DNA of 64,000 nt. Origin: Centroscyllium fabricii (taxonomy: Eukaryota). Both the position numbers and the translations under genes were made by a program. The stretch's first letter is position 1. Every line of letters begins with the position of its first letter. A model generated the notes under the pieces. That model was not told the DNA's origin. It saw only the letters and a program-made list of their open reading frames with translations, and did no database searches. The stretch spans positions 39,246,001-39,310,000 of the forward strand of contig JBNRSN020000033.1 in NCBI GenBank assembly GCA_051313645.2, given 5' to 3'. Shown in pieces: positions 25,066-37,437 of this stretch.

Positions 25066-25606
25066 CATAGAAACATAGAAGATAGGAGCAGGAGTAGGCC
25101 ATTCGGCCCACCGGTGGTGGAAGGCTTCAAGTGGCCAGCGGACACCGTGTGCTCCATCCCCAGGGCCACCCAGCTGTGAATGTGGCCGCGGAAGAGAGGT
25201 AGGCAGTCATAGAAACATAAAAGATAGGAGCAGGAGTCGGCCATTCGGTCCTTCGAGCCTGCTCCGCCATTCAATGAGATCATGGCTGATCATCCAAACT
25301 CAGTACCCCATCCCTGCCCTCTCCCCATATCCCTCGATCCCTATCGAGCCTGCACCGACACATATCCCACCCTATCCCCGTAACCCCACACATTCAATCC
25401 CCCTAACACTAAGGGTCAATTTATCCTGGCCAATCAACCTAACCCGCACATCTTTGGACTGTGGGAGGAAACCGGAGCACCCGGAGGAAACCCACGCAGA
25501 CACGGGGAGAATGTGCAAACTCCACACAGATAGTCACCCGAGGCTGGATTTGAACCCGGGCCTCTAGTGCTGTAAGGCAACAGTGCTAACCACTATGCCA
25601 CCGTGC
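25066..25606 (-). mobile_element. V-SINE with about 100 nt of transduced flank and a second tail
   Basis: SINE 25208-25606, then sequence homologous to 18721-18823, then tail 25066-25106. Confidence 0.85.
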
Positions 25607-25709
25607 ATTTTCTCCCCTCCCCCCTCTCCCTTCCCCTGCTCTTGCTTAAAAACCTGTTCGATCTCCAGCTTTCTCCAGTTCTGATGAAGGGTCATCGACC
25701 TGAAACATT

Positions 25710-26610
25710 GGGGGGAATTTTAGGAGGTCGCTGAGTGCGAGTTTCTGGTGAGTCAGTTTCTAAAATTCCAATCCGGCGGGTGGGGAGGCACCCCGCCGGA
25801 TCCCCGCTCATTTGGGATTTTCGTCGGGCGGGTTTTGCTGCCCCGCACGTTTCCTGCCCGCCGCCGGCGGGGATACAGATTGAGGTCGTTGAGGGCCCTT
25901 AATTGGATGGCTATTTTTAAGGGCCCTCAGCTATTTTAGCCCTCTTCCCACCCAAAACCCACCTGATGAAAACCCCACCATGAAAAAGGTGGTGGAAACC
26001 CAGGCGGCTGGGTGTCTACCACCTTCAAGGCATGGGCACAGCACCCACACAGCAGCTTGCTAGCCTCCACCATGCTGGAGGTGCAGTTGCCACCTAAGGG
26101 TGAGAAACTCCAGAGCCCAAAACCTTGAAATCATTCATCTTCATATCGCTCCTATTCAACAGAGACCGGCTGCTGCACTGTGTCTGTGAGCCCAGCTGTC
26201 AATCACCCAGGGGATCAGTTTCTGTTTACATTCCATTGAAACCACAAACAGTGACTCAGTTCAACTGTTTGTTTTGTGGTTTCAAGTGGTTCTTTCATTG
26301 TCTGACTCACACGGCTATGTAAACATAGAAACAAAGGCAACACTTCAGATCTGTCAATCAAGCTTAGTGAGTTTACTACTCAGGCCTGTCAATCAACAGC
26401 CCGCCCCACTCAAACTGTGAATGTAAAGGGCTTTGTTTCCTTAGCCTTACATTACATTAGTGTGTAATGGGAGCCCGACAGTTCAGCGGGGATTTAATTG
26501 GCCACTTGAGCCAAAATCGCTCGGGCCTCCCAGGTCCTTGGGCGGGCGGGACAGAAAACTGACCCGCTCAAAACCTGCCAGCTTCCCACAGCTTTCTAAA
26601 AATTACCCTT
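25710..26610. mobile_element. MITE family A (diverged), inserted at a hammerhead cleavage site
   Basis: GGGGGGAATTTT...AAAATTACCCTT; TSD (A/G)TT. Confidence 0.7.
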
Positions 26611-27074
26611 GTTAACTCTGTTTCTCTCTTCGCAGATGCTGCCTGGCCTGCTGAGTGCTTCCAGCATTGTCTGTTTTTATTTCAGATTTCCAGCATCTGC
26701 AGCGTTTTGCTTTCATACTGGAATCAATAAATGGTCTTTACGGTAAAATTGGTTGTTGCTCATCTCGGCATCTGGAGCACATTCTCCCGTCCGACTTCTT
26801 AACACAGTTGCTAACTTGTTTATTTTTTTAAAGTGGACATTGAAATATGGCACAAAACAAAAGTGTTGAACATTTGTTTGTGAATGTCTCGGCTGGTTTC
26901 CAGCTTTTTTCACTTTGATGTCCCGTCAATCCTTGGTCCCTTTCCACCAGTTGCTGTTTGTATCCCCAAGTCTCCACTGAGTTGTACGGAAGAGGGTTGG
27001 CAGGGAGTTGAGATCAGGAATATGAAAGGCAGGTACGGGGTACTGAGTTTGGATGATCAGCCATGATCTCATTG

Positions 27075-27477
27075 AGCGGCACGGTGGCATAGTGGTTAGC
27101 ACTGTTGCCTCACAGCTCTGGAGACCCGGGTTCAAATCCAGCCTCGGGTGACTATCTGTGTGGAGTTTGCACATTCTCCCCGTGTCTGCGTGGGTTTCCT
27201 CCGGGTGCTCCGGTTTCCTCCCACAGTCCAAAGATGTGCGGGTTAGGTTGATTGGCCATGATAAATTGACCCTTAGTGTTAGGGGGATTGAATATGTGGG
27301 GTTACGGGGATAGGGTGGGATATGTGTCGGTGCAGGCTCGATAGGGATCGAGGGATATGGGGACAAGGCAGGGACAGGGTGCTGGGTTTGGATGATCAGC
27401 CATGATCTCATTGAATGGCGGAGCAGGCTCGAGGGGCCGAATGGCCTACTCCTGGTCCGATCTTCTATGTTTCTATG
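27075..27477 (+). mobile_element. V-SINE (HE1-like)
   Basis: Full head, V-domain and tail. Confidence 0.9.
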
Positions 27478-27747
27478 AAAGGGAGAGCTTGGGTCAGGGG
27501 AGGCAGTGTGATCAGGGGCTGGGAACCAGAGCAGGGAATACGATCCGTGGCACGGGGTGGAATCGGGGCAGGGAAGGGAGTGGGAGCAGGGCTCAGTATA
27601 GAAGCACCAAGGGGCAGAAAACATTGGTGAGAATTGTCTATAGACCTCCAAACATAGTGGTCATGTAGGGGACGGCATCAAACAGGAAATTGGAGATGCA
27701 TATAACAAGGGTACGACAGTAATCATGGGTGACTTTAATCTACATAT

Positions 27748-28445
27748 TGTGGTAAACCTGTAATACTGTTTTCCCACTGATGTACTGTGCTGCATATAGT
27801 TACCTCTTGGTTGCCTCTTGTCCCACCTGTATCTACCTGGGATGTCTCGGTCGGCTCCACCTCCTGGCTCCACCCACAGGCTGTGGTATAAAGGTGGCAG
27901 CCCTGCTGACCTCATGGCATTCCAGGACCAGATAGTGATAAGACCTGCACTCCAGTTCTTTGTTAATAAAAGCCTTGGAAACATTCTTTCTGAATTTAAC
28001 CTGTCTGACAGGCCTGGACAGGTTAAATTCAGAAAGAATGTTTCCAATAGCGGGGGAGTCCAGAACCAGGGGCCACAGTCTAAGGATAAGGGGTAAACCA
28101 TTTAGGACCGATATGAGGAAGAATTTCTTCACCCAGAGAGTGGTGAGCCTGTGGAATTCCTTGCCACAGAGGGCAGTGGAGGCCAGTTCATTAAATATAT
28201 TTAAGAGGGAATTGGATATATTTCTTCAGGCTAAAGCGATTAAGGGTTACGGCGATAAGGCGGGGACGGGGTACTGAACTGGAAAGATCAGCCATGATCT
28301 CAGCCAAACATCAGCCATGATCTCATTGAATGGCGGAGCAGGCTCGAAGGGCCGAATGGCCTACTCCTGCTCCTATCTTCTATGTTTCTATGTTTCTATG
28401 TTAATTACCTAACTCTACCGTTTAGCTGTAATTGATCGTGCATCG
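27748..28445 (+). mobile_element. Solo LTR containing a CR1 fragment (about 27976-28402)
   Basis: TGTGGTAAAC...GCATCG, TSD CATAT; same family as 19745-20046. Confidence 0.8.
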
Positions 28446-28619
28446 CATATAGACTGGCCAAACCAAATGAGCAATGATACTCTGGAGAATCAATTCCCGG
28501 AGTGTGAACGAGATGATTTTTTAGACCAGTACGCTGAGGAGTTAACTAGGGAACAGGCTATCCTAGATTGGGTATTGTGCAATGAGAAGGGGTTAATTAA
28601 TAATCTTGTGCAGGGTCCT

Positions 28620-28780
28620 TAGAATCATAGAATCATAGAATCCCTACAGTGCAGATAGAGGCCATTCCGGCCCATCGAGCCTGCACCGACACATATCCCA
28701 CCCTATCCCCGTAACCCCACATATTTAATCCCCCGAACACTAAGGGTCAATTTATCTTGGCCAATCAACCTAACCCGCAC
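28620..28780 (-). mobile_element. 5' truncated V-SINE with an alternative tail (GATTCTAT)n
   Basis: Body matches HE1-like SINEs; tail differs after GGCTCGAT. Confidence 0.75.
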
Positions 28781-29094
28781 TCCTTGAGGGAAGTGTGACC
28801 ATAACATGATAGAATTCTTCATTAAGATAGAAAGTGAAGAAGTCCAATCCAAAACTAGGGTCCTAAATCTAAACAAAGGAAACTGCGAAGGTATGAGGAG
28901 TGAGTTGGCTATGATAGATTGGGGAGCTTCATTAAAAGGCATGACGGTGAATAGGCAATGGCTAAAATTTAAGGAACAAATGCATGAATTGCAACAGTTT
29001 TACATTCCTCTCTGGCGCAAAAACACAAAAGGAAAAGCGGCCCAATCATGGCTAACAAAATAAATTAAGGATAGTATTAGATCCTTAACGGGGA

Positions 29095-29335
29095 TAGGGT
29101 TAGGTTGATTGGCCATGATAAATTGACCCTTAGTGTTAGGGGGATTGAATATGTGGGGTTACGGGGATAGGGTGGGATATGTGTTGGTGCAGGCTCGATA
29201 GGGATCGAGGGATATGGGGACAAGGCAGGGACAGGGTACTGGGTTTGGATGATCAGCCATGATCTCATTGAATGGCGGAGCAGGCTCAAAGGGCCGAATG
29301 GCCGACTACTGCTCCTATCTTCTATGTTTCTATGT
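29095..29335 (+). mobile_element. 5' truncated V-SINE
   Basis: 3' half of the HE1-like SINE. Confidence 0.85.
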
Positions 29336-31334
29336 CTATCCAAAGAGGAGTCATGTAAAGATGCCAGAAAAAGTAGCAAGCCTGACGATTGGGAGCAGTT
29401 TAGAGTTCAGCAAAAAAGGACCAAGAGATTGATTAAGAGGGGGAAATAGAGTAAGAGAGTAAAATAGCAAGGAACATAAAGGCGGATTGTAAAAGCTTCT
29501 ACAAGCGTTTAAAAAGAAAAAGATTAGTGAAGACAAATGTAGGTCCCTTACAGTCAGAAACGGGAGAATTTATAATGGGGAACAAGGAAATGGCAGAGCA
29601 ATTAAACAAATACTTTGGTTGTGTCGTCACAGAAGAGGACACAACTAACTGCCCAGAAATGCGAGGGAACCAAGGGTCTAGTGAGAAGGAGGAATTAAAG
29701 GAAATTAGTATTAGTAAAAAATAGTGTTGGATAAATGAATGGGACTGAAAGCCGATAAATCCCCAGGGCCTGATAATCTGCATCCCAGAGTACTAAAAGA
29801 GGTAGCCATGGAAATAGGGGATGCGTTGGTTGTCATCTTCCAAAATTCTATAGATTCTGGAACAGTTCCTGCAGATTGGAGGGTGGCAAATGTAACCCCT
29901 CTATTTAAAAAAGGAGGGAGAGAGAAAACTGGGAACTACAGACCGGTTAGCCTAACATCAGGAATAGGGAAAATGCTGGAGTCTATTATAAAGGATGTGA
30001 TAACAGGACACTTAGAAAAAAAATATCAACGGGATTAAGTCAACATGGATTTATGAAAGGGAAATCATGTTTGACAAACCTACTGGAGCTTTTTGATGAT
30101 GTAACTGGTAGAATAGATAAGGGAGAACCAGTGGATGTGGTGTATTTGGATTTTCAGAAGGCCTTTGATAAAGTCCCACATCAGAGGTTAGTGTGCAAAA
30201 TTAAAGCACATGAGATTGGGGGTAATATACTGGCATGGATTGAAAATTTGTTAACAGACAAGAAACAGAGAGTAGGAATAAATGGGTCTTTTTCGGGGTG
30301 GCAGGCGGTGACTAGTGGGGTACCGCAGGGATCAGTGCTTGGGCCTCAGCTATTCACAATATATATCAATGATTTGGATGAGGGAACCAAATGTAATATT
30401 TCCAAGTTTGCTGACGACACGAAACTAGGTGGGATTGTGAGTTGTGAGGAGGATGCAGAGGCGTCAAGGCGATTTAGACAAGTTGAGTGAGTGAGCAAAT
30501 ACATGGCGGATGCAGTATAACGTGGATAAATGTGAAGTTATCCACTTCAGTAGGAAAAACAGAAAGGCAGAGTATTATTTAAATGGTGATAGATTGGGAA
30601 ATGTTGATGTACAGAGGGACCTGGGTGTTCTTGTACACCAGTCACTGAAAGCAAACATGCAGGTGCAGAAAACAGTTAGGGAGGCAAATGGTCTGTTGGT
30701 CATCATTGCAAGAGGATTTGAGTACAGGAGCAAGGATGTCTTACTACAGTTATACAGGGCCTTGGTGAGACCACACCTGGAGTACTGTGTGCAGTTTTGG
30801 TCTCCTTACCTGAGAAAGGATATACTTGCCATAGAGGGAGTGCAGCGAAGGTTCACCAGACTGATTCCTGGGATGGGGGGACTGTCGTATGAGGAGAGAT
30901 TGGGTCGACTGGGCCTGTATTCACTGGAGTTTAGAAGAATGAGAGGGGATCTCATTGAAACGTATAAAATTCTGACAGGGCTAGACAGACTGAATGCAGG
31001 GAGGATGTTTCCCCTGGCTGGGGGGTCTAGAACGAGGGGTCACAGTCTCAGGATACGGGGTAGGACATTTAGGACGGAGATGAGGAGGAATTTCTTCACT
31101 CAGAGGGTGGTGAACCTGTGGAATTCTCTACCACAGAAAGCAATGGAGGCCAAGTCACTGAATATATTTAAGAAGGAGATGGATAGTTTTCTAGACACAA
31201 AAGGCATCAAGGGGTCTGGGGAGAGAGCGGGAATATGGTATTGAGATAGAGGATCAGCCACGATCATATTGAATGGGGGAGCAGGCTCGAAGGGCCGAAT
31301 GGCCGACTCCTGCTCCTAATTTTCTATGTTTTTA

Positions 31335-31445
31335 TAGGGATGGGATTGGGGTGAGGTAGGGAGTGGGATCAGGGATCAGTATAGGGATGGGATTGGGGTG
31401 AGGTAGGGATTGGAAGCAGGGCTCAGTATAGGGATGGGATTGGGG
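31335..31445. repeat. G-rich tandem repeat (related units at about 27480-27600)
   Basis: TAGGGATGGGATTGGGGTGAGGTAGGGA units. Confidence 0.65.
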
Positions 31446-31639
31446 TTAATGTTCTGATGTTTGCTTTGGTGATGCTGAAAATTCATGAACAACTTTATTA
31501 ACTCGAGTCTCCATATCATGAAACAGCCAAAAGTAGAACACATGGGTTTTTATTTTAAAACATCACATTTCAATTGTGTCGGGATTACTGCTTCAAAACT
31601 TGGACTGTGCCAAACTTTGCGATTCTGCACAGGCTGCTG

Positions 31640-31708
31640 CGCTCCGAAAGCTTGTGATTTCAAATAAAACTGTTGGACTATAACTTGGTGTTGTGTGACT
31701 TCTTACAA
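31640..31708 (+). mobile_element. Family 2 (Penelope-like) 3' terminus with half hammerhead
   Basis: GCTCCGAAAGCTTGTGATTTCAAATAAAACTGTTGGACTATAAC nearly identical to 53864-53927. Confidence 0.75.
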
Positions 31709-31974
31709 CTGTCCACATTTAAAAAGTACTTGGATATGCTCTTGAAGTGCCGTAACCTACAGGGCTCCGGATCGTGAGTTGGAAAGTGGGATTCGGCTGG
31801 AGAGCTCTTTGTCGGCCAACGCAGACACGATGGGCCGAATGGACTCCTTCTGTAAATTTCTATGGTTCTATGAGTTATAGAATCAAACCTTCCTGTAAAA
31901 CTGTTGATTTTATAGTTTCTCGAGGGCTTCCTCTCGCTGTGTACGAGCCAGGATAACTCGATCAGCGTTCCTAA

Positions 31975-32622
31975 AAACATAGAAACATAGAAGATAGGAG
32001 CAGGAGTCGGCCATTCGGCCCCTCGAGCCTGCTCCGCCATTCAATGAGATCATGGCTGATCATCCAAACTCAGTACCCTGTCCCACCCTTCTCCCCGTGT
32101 CCCTTGATCCCTCTAGCCTTAAGAAAAACATCCAGCTCCTTCTTGAATATATTCAATGAACTAGCTTCCACCGCCCTCTGTGGTAGAGAATTCCACAGGT
32201 TCACCACTCTCTGGGTGAAGAAATTCCTCCTCATCTCTGTCCTAAATGAGTTACCCCTTATCCTTAGACTATGACCCCTGGTTCTGGACTCTTCGACCAT
32301 CAGGAACATTCTTCCTGCATCAAGTTTGTCCAGACCAGTTAGAATTTTATACGTTTCGATGAGATCCCCTCTCAATCTTCTAAACTCCAGAGAGTACAAA
32401 CCCAGTCTACCCAGTCTCTCCTCATACGTCAATCTTGCCATCCCAGGTATCAGCCTGGTGAATCTTCTCTGCACTCCCTCCATGGCAAGAACGTCCTTCC
32501 TTAGATAAGGAGACCAAAACTGCACACAATACTCAAGTTGTGGTCTCACCAAAGCCCTGCACAACTGCAGCAAGACATCCTTGTTCCTGTACTCGAACCC
32601 TTTCGCTATGAAGGCCAACATA
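31975..32622 (-). mobile_element. CR1 LINE 3' fragment
   Basis: ORF 32070-32630. Confidence 0.9.
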
Positions 32623-33230
32623 CTTTGCAAGGAAAAGATAGGGAGGAGCAGTGAATCGCAGCTCGGCCAAGATGCCAGCGCCCGGCAGGCCGAGAATGGA
32701 AGCCTGAAGGCCCAAAAAGCAGCAAGTCAGCCAAGGACCATCGGTGGAGCGAATGAGGCTGTGAGTGACCTCTCGGCCCTGTTAGTGCCGGTGGAATAGG
32801 CCGTGCTGCTGACCGTCCTTCATCCATTTCCCTTCCAAAGATTTGTTGAAGGAACTCTTTCAAGTTGCGTCTGGTTTAAAACTGCAAACACATTCAAGCT
32901 CAAAAAATAACGGCGGACAGAATGATGGGACAGGTTTTTAATATAAAAACATGTTCATCAACATCATCTTTAAAAACATCATGGGTGGTACAACTCTTCA
33001 CTATATAGATATATAAATGTAGAATACAGATACATATATCTATATAAGTACCTGTATATCTATATAAAGATACATATATAGATATAGTATAATACACTAT
33101 CACAGAAAGTTATCCAGGCCAGCCAGATACAACAAATATCAAACATAAAATCATTTTCAAATGGAAAGCGGTCCAGCATATTTCAGTTTTTGATCCCATT
33201 TCTTTCCACGAGTTTATGCTTATATAGTTT

Positions 33231-33236
33231 TTTATT
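33231..33236 (-). promoter_or_regulatory. Candidate poly(A) signal of LRFN1
   Basis: AATAAA on minus about 430 nt past the stop, in AT-rich unique sequence; motif only. Confidence 0.35.
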
Positions 33237-33662
33237 TTGTGGTTTTAATAAACATCAAAGCCTTGTCTCCTTTGAGATAAGTGTTAATGACAGGAGTTCC
33301 TCCAGTGACTGATCCTCCCTGGCGTGACGTGAAATACTCGGAACGCACCATCATTGAACGCAGGTCCCTTCCGATTACAAACACTTGGAGGGAGAGATGA
33401 GAAAAAAAACAACAAAGAAAGCTTCGATCTCCTTTTGTGAAGGTGGTGGTGGGTCTCTTCTTGCCCACGGACATTGGCAGCAGTCAACCTCTCCGTTCCA
33501 TGCTCTCAACATTGTGGTAGTTTAAGGCACCGCTGCAGCGGCAAGGGGAACACATCACGAGGTTTCCTGCCTACTTGCTCCCTTGAAAGGTTTACCTCCG
33601 TGCCAATGATAGCCCTGCATTACTGACGGATTGTTGATGCTGTCCTGTGAGTGAAGTTGAAC

Positions 33663-34566
33663 TCACACTGTGCTTTCCAACATCCATTCTGTGCTGCTGA
33701 ACGTGGTTCTCTTGCTCTCCAGAGCAGTGTCATCAGAGTTCAAATTCTGCCCACTGCCAGTCAGATTTGTCTTAGTCCGCGCTCTCCGTGGGTAACTGTG
33801 GCTCTGGAATAGAGAATAGTCTCCATCAAACGAATGTCTATGGTGAGCTCTCGCGATTTCACAGGGCAGAATAGGTACATTGCTCAGTTTAGTTTGTTTC
33901 TCCCTTCGAGGTAGAGTGCCCTTGCTCGACCTAATCAAGCACACTGACATGCTGGAGTCAGTTGTGCTCCCTTCAGTCTGACCCTCTTCAGACGACAACT
34001 GAGCCTCTTTCTGGAGGTCTAGGCTTGGCTTTGTCCTCCTGCTTTGTGCGTGAGACAAAATATCTGCCGTCATCACAGCGGTAGTTTGAGGACTACTGCC
34101 CTTTTCCCGAGACATGTTCAATAGCACAGTCACAGAGCCCTTGGACGATTCACCAAAAATCTCTTGAATAGACTCACCTGAACCCTCGGCTAGCTTTGAG
34201 CTGGACCGCGTCATGCCTCCATTCTGACCCCCATTGGTCTGTGAGCACACATTGCTCACCACGGTCTTGCTTTCACCAGTGTTATTGTAGACCTTGTACC
34301 TGATCATAAGGATGATGATAAAGACCAACACAGAGGCCACAATGATCCCACCAATGATGATGATCATGGTCCCACCAAGGAACTGGGTATGTACCGAATG
34401 GCACTGGGTGTATTCTTGCTCCGTACTGAATTGGACACAACCCACCACTCGAGTACCAGTCATCGAAGTGATCCCATCATCGTAAACTGCCAGGATGCAC
34501 AGGTCATAGTCCCTTCCTGCTGCCAGGTCATTCACCAAGAAGGTTTTGCTTGTGGATGGAATCATT
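33663..34566 (-). CDS. LRFN1: Last coding exon of leucine-rich repeat and fibronectin type III domain-containing protein 1 (SALM2)
   Basis: Acceptor TCTTTCAG then (R)[23 protein letters not shown] (FN3 end), [55 protein letters not shown]-terminal [12 protein letters not shown] ligand; the ORF extension to 34679 is intronic. Confidence 0.9.
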
Positions 34567-34674
34567 CTGAAAGATACAAGACCTTCTATTAGTGATAATA
34601 CATCGCTTATAAAATAGCATTTATCGTATTGATGCAATGAAGGCATTTTTAAAATCAGCTTGAGTTTAGAATGA

Positions 34675-34850
34675 ACCACAGAAAATGCTGGAAAATCTCA
34701 GCGGGCCAGGCAGCATCGGTGGAGAGAAATAGAGTCGACGTTTCGGGTTGGGGCCCTTCATCAAAACTGAAGCTGGGGAATGGAACACAAGCTGGAAGGC
34801 GGGGCCGGGGGGGGTGGGAGGGAACAAAGAGAAGACAGCACAAAGAGGAA
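34675..34850 (-). mobile_element. Penelope pseudo-LTR fragment with mutated hammerhead (34733-34768)
   Basis: Minus strand AGTT-TTGATGA-A-GGG ccccaa CCC-GAAAC-GTC-GACT. Confidence 0.7.
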
Positions 34851-35206
34851 AGACTTAGGGAGGTTTTCAAAATGAGACGAGATGCTGTGGACAGGAGACA
34901 GCTGAGTTTAGGATTAATCTTGAAAGGACTTCCTTGCGTTTTTCTTACAATACTGAAAACTGAGGGGAGCTCACTGTTGGCTGGGTCGTGTGGAAATGAA
35001 CGGTATGACGTTATGTTAGCAGATCTCAGTCACGGTGCGGGCAAAGGTGTTACAATTGGTCTCAACACTACCTGGGCTAGGAAAGGGAAAACAATCGGTC
35101 AGGCTTCCCTATTGCGGGCCCAAAACTCACTAGCTTGCAAGAATGGTGACTGACCTGATGTTGGAGGGTATCTGGGGCCCTTGAGTCCACACCTCCAAGA
35201 GTCATA

Positions 35207-35935
35207 GGGGGCTAAATTGGTCAGCGCACGTTTTGGGGCGCTGCATTGGGCGCAGCGCTAAAATTAGCGCCGGGCGCAAATTAGCGCCCGAGCTCCCGAT
35301 ATTCAGTTTAGCGCCGGCCTTGCAGATTGCAGCGCTAAATCAAGCGTTGCACGGGCGCAAACGGCGAATATTCAGGCGCTAAGTGGCGAGCGCGGGCGCA
35401 GCGCTCCATCTGCCACTCCTGGCCTTCCCGGAAACGCCGGCACCGGTCACCTCTTAAAGGGGGAGGGTCTTCCTCCCATTCCCGGCACCCCCTGCCGTCT
35501 CTCTGGAAAACCTTTTCCTCTGACAAAAGCAGTGTCTGTAAAAGTTTCTCCTCTCTGAAAACCTGAGTCTGTCTCTGCTCCTGAAATCTCCCAAAATGGC
35601 TGCCACACCAAAGGGAGGAAGTGTCTCCCTTTAAACACCGCCCCAGCGCCCCCACATCGCGTCGGCTGCGTTCCTCAAAGCTGGCGTGGGCAGCGCTGCG
35701 CGTGGGGTGGGCGGGCGCTGGTGAATTTCCAGTGCAGCCCTGGGGACGGGCGTTGCACGAGGAAATCAGCAGCTGATTGACGTGCGCCCAGCAGCGGGCG
35801 CTAACAGTTAGCGCCGGCGGCGTTCACCTGGCGAATTTTGCACCTGCCGCTAAGGTTTCTGCGCCCGGCGCTAAAAGCTCTTGCGCCCATTTTCGGGCGC
35901 TAATGGGCCGGCGCTAGACCACCAATTTCACGCCC
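35207..35935. mobile_element. GC-rich MITE family B
   Basis: TIR GGGGGCTAAATTGG / CCAATTTCACGCCC; homologous to the copies at 42979 and 52292. Confidence 0.75.
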
Positions 35936-36673
35936 AGTGTCTTCAGGAGAAAATTGAAGGCGGGGGGGGGAAATGTCAATGTGGGAACTACTTTGTTCAA
36001 CAAGATAGCAATAGAAAGGTCAACATTAGGGAGGAAGTCTTGCTGTCAGATTTTTGTCTTATAACACTTCTGTCAAGCACTTTTGGATGTTTAACTCCAT
36101 TAAAGGCGCTATATAAATACAAGTTGTTGTTGTTATTGTTGAGGGCCTCATTTCAAGAGCAAAATAAATCACTCTTAGAATTGGCTGAATATTTGTATTT
36201 GAATAATGGATGCTGATGACCTCTTCAGGGGAACTGCTTGAGAGAGTTAAGAGTCCAACCGTGAAATTGTACTCGAGATGGAAAAGTTACAAGCGTGTTA
36301 TAAAATAAATATTACATTAAAATATGGTGCTCGGCAGTCATTTTCAAGTATTTCTGCGTGGGAGATCCCCATAAAATATTGACACATCTCAGAAGCCCTG
36401 CAAATATTGGCCCATTCCTGCGACCCCCACCACTTACATTAGCGACATACCCTTTGGACCCGCTGAAAATATTCACGCACTTATGTGGCCCTTTACAAAT
36501 ATTGGCGCAGTTATGGGACTTTGGGAAACCCCTAGTGTGACACAACTAGCGATCCAAAGGAATGCAGCACCATTGTTACAGAAAACGTGTTGTGTTGGTG
36601 TACAGCAACTGTTGAATTGTGTCAGCAAGTCAGCAAACATACTAAAGTGTAGAATGTAGAGTTCCTGAGACAC

Positions 36674-37437
36674 AGGGGGGATTTTCCTCAGTCTGTGAGG
36701 GCGGCTTTCATGCGGGCCCTAAAATCGCAGAGCCAGGTGGTCCTGCCCCACCCACCCACCGGATCACCGCCGGATTGTAAGTTTCGGGCGGTGTGTCCCG
36801 AATCGTTCCCGCCCGCCGCCGGCGGGGATGCTCGTTTAAATAATTGTGGGCCCTTAATTGGTCTAGATAATGCCATTTTAAGGGCACTCACCTATTTTAC
36901 ACCCCTTCCCACCCAAATCCCGCTATCCTGAAACCTCGCTGGTGAAGCCCAGCAGGAGCACAGAGGCCTTGGTCACTTTCTCCTTCAAGGTATTGAAGGA
37001 CCTAGAGCAGAATGCTTTCCAGGCCTTCAACACCCTGGAGGTGTAAGTGACTCCCTTGGGTGAAGACCAGCTGTGGAGAAAAACCTTAAAAATCTCACCT
37101 TGCCAGCTCCATTGAGAGATGCTCCCTAGCTGTCAAAGATTTGCAGCCCCCCCCGTCCACCTGTCAGTCAAAGCACTTGGCCTTTCCGATTGGTTGCACT
37201 CCATTGTGACATCACAATGGAGTGTTTCCATGGGAACTGTCAACAGATAATCCCTGGAACTGTCTGTCAAGCCCCTCGCTCCCAGGTGCAGGGCCTTGAT
37301 TGCCGTCTCGACTCAGGCAATTACAAGGGGCTCCCCACACGCGGGGATTTAATTGATCAATTTGAGGAAAATAGCGTCGGGTTTCCAGGCCCGACCAATC
37401 CCCGCCCGGTTCCCACACTTTCGGGGAAATCCCCCCT
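36674..37437. mobile_element. MITE family A with 3-bp TSD CAC
   Basis: CAC-AGGGGGGATTTTCC...GGAAATCCCCCCT-CAC; 3-bp TSD and G-rich TIR fit PIF/Harbinger. Confidence 0.85.

Larger units (their letters stand above)
24050..26712 (+). mobile_element. Penelope pseudo-LTR broken by three insertions, hammerhead at 25677-25709 resuming at 26611
   Basis: Pieces at about 24050-24203, 25016-25065, 25607-25709 and 26611-26712 match 4150-4460 and 63480-63745. Confidence 0.75.
27600..31335 (+). mobile_element. CR1 LINE ORF2 (APE-RT), decayed, with nested inserts
   Basis: [51 protein letters not shown]. Confidence 0.92.

Noticed and set aside
34567-34679. N-terminal part of ORF 33663-34679 as LRFN1 coding sequence
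   Set aside because: Lies upstream of a good splice acceptor and has no resemblance to LRFN proteins; treated as intron
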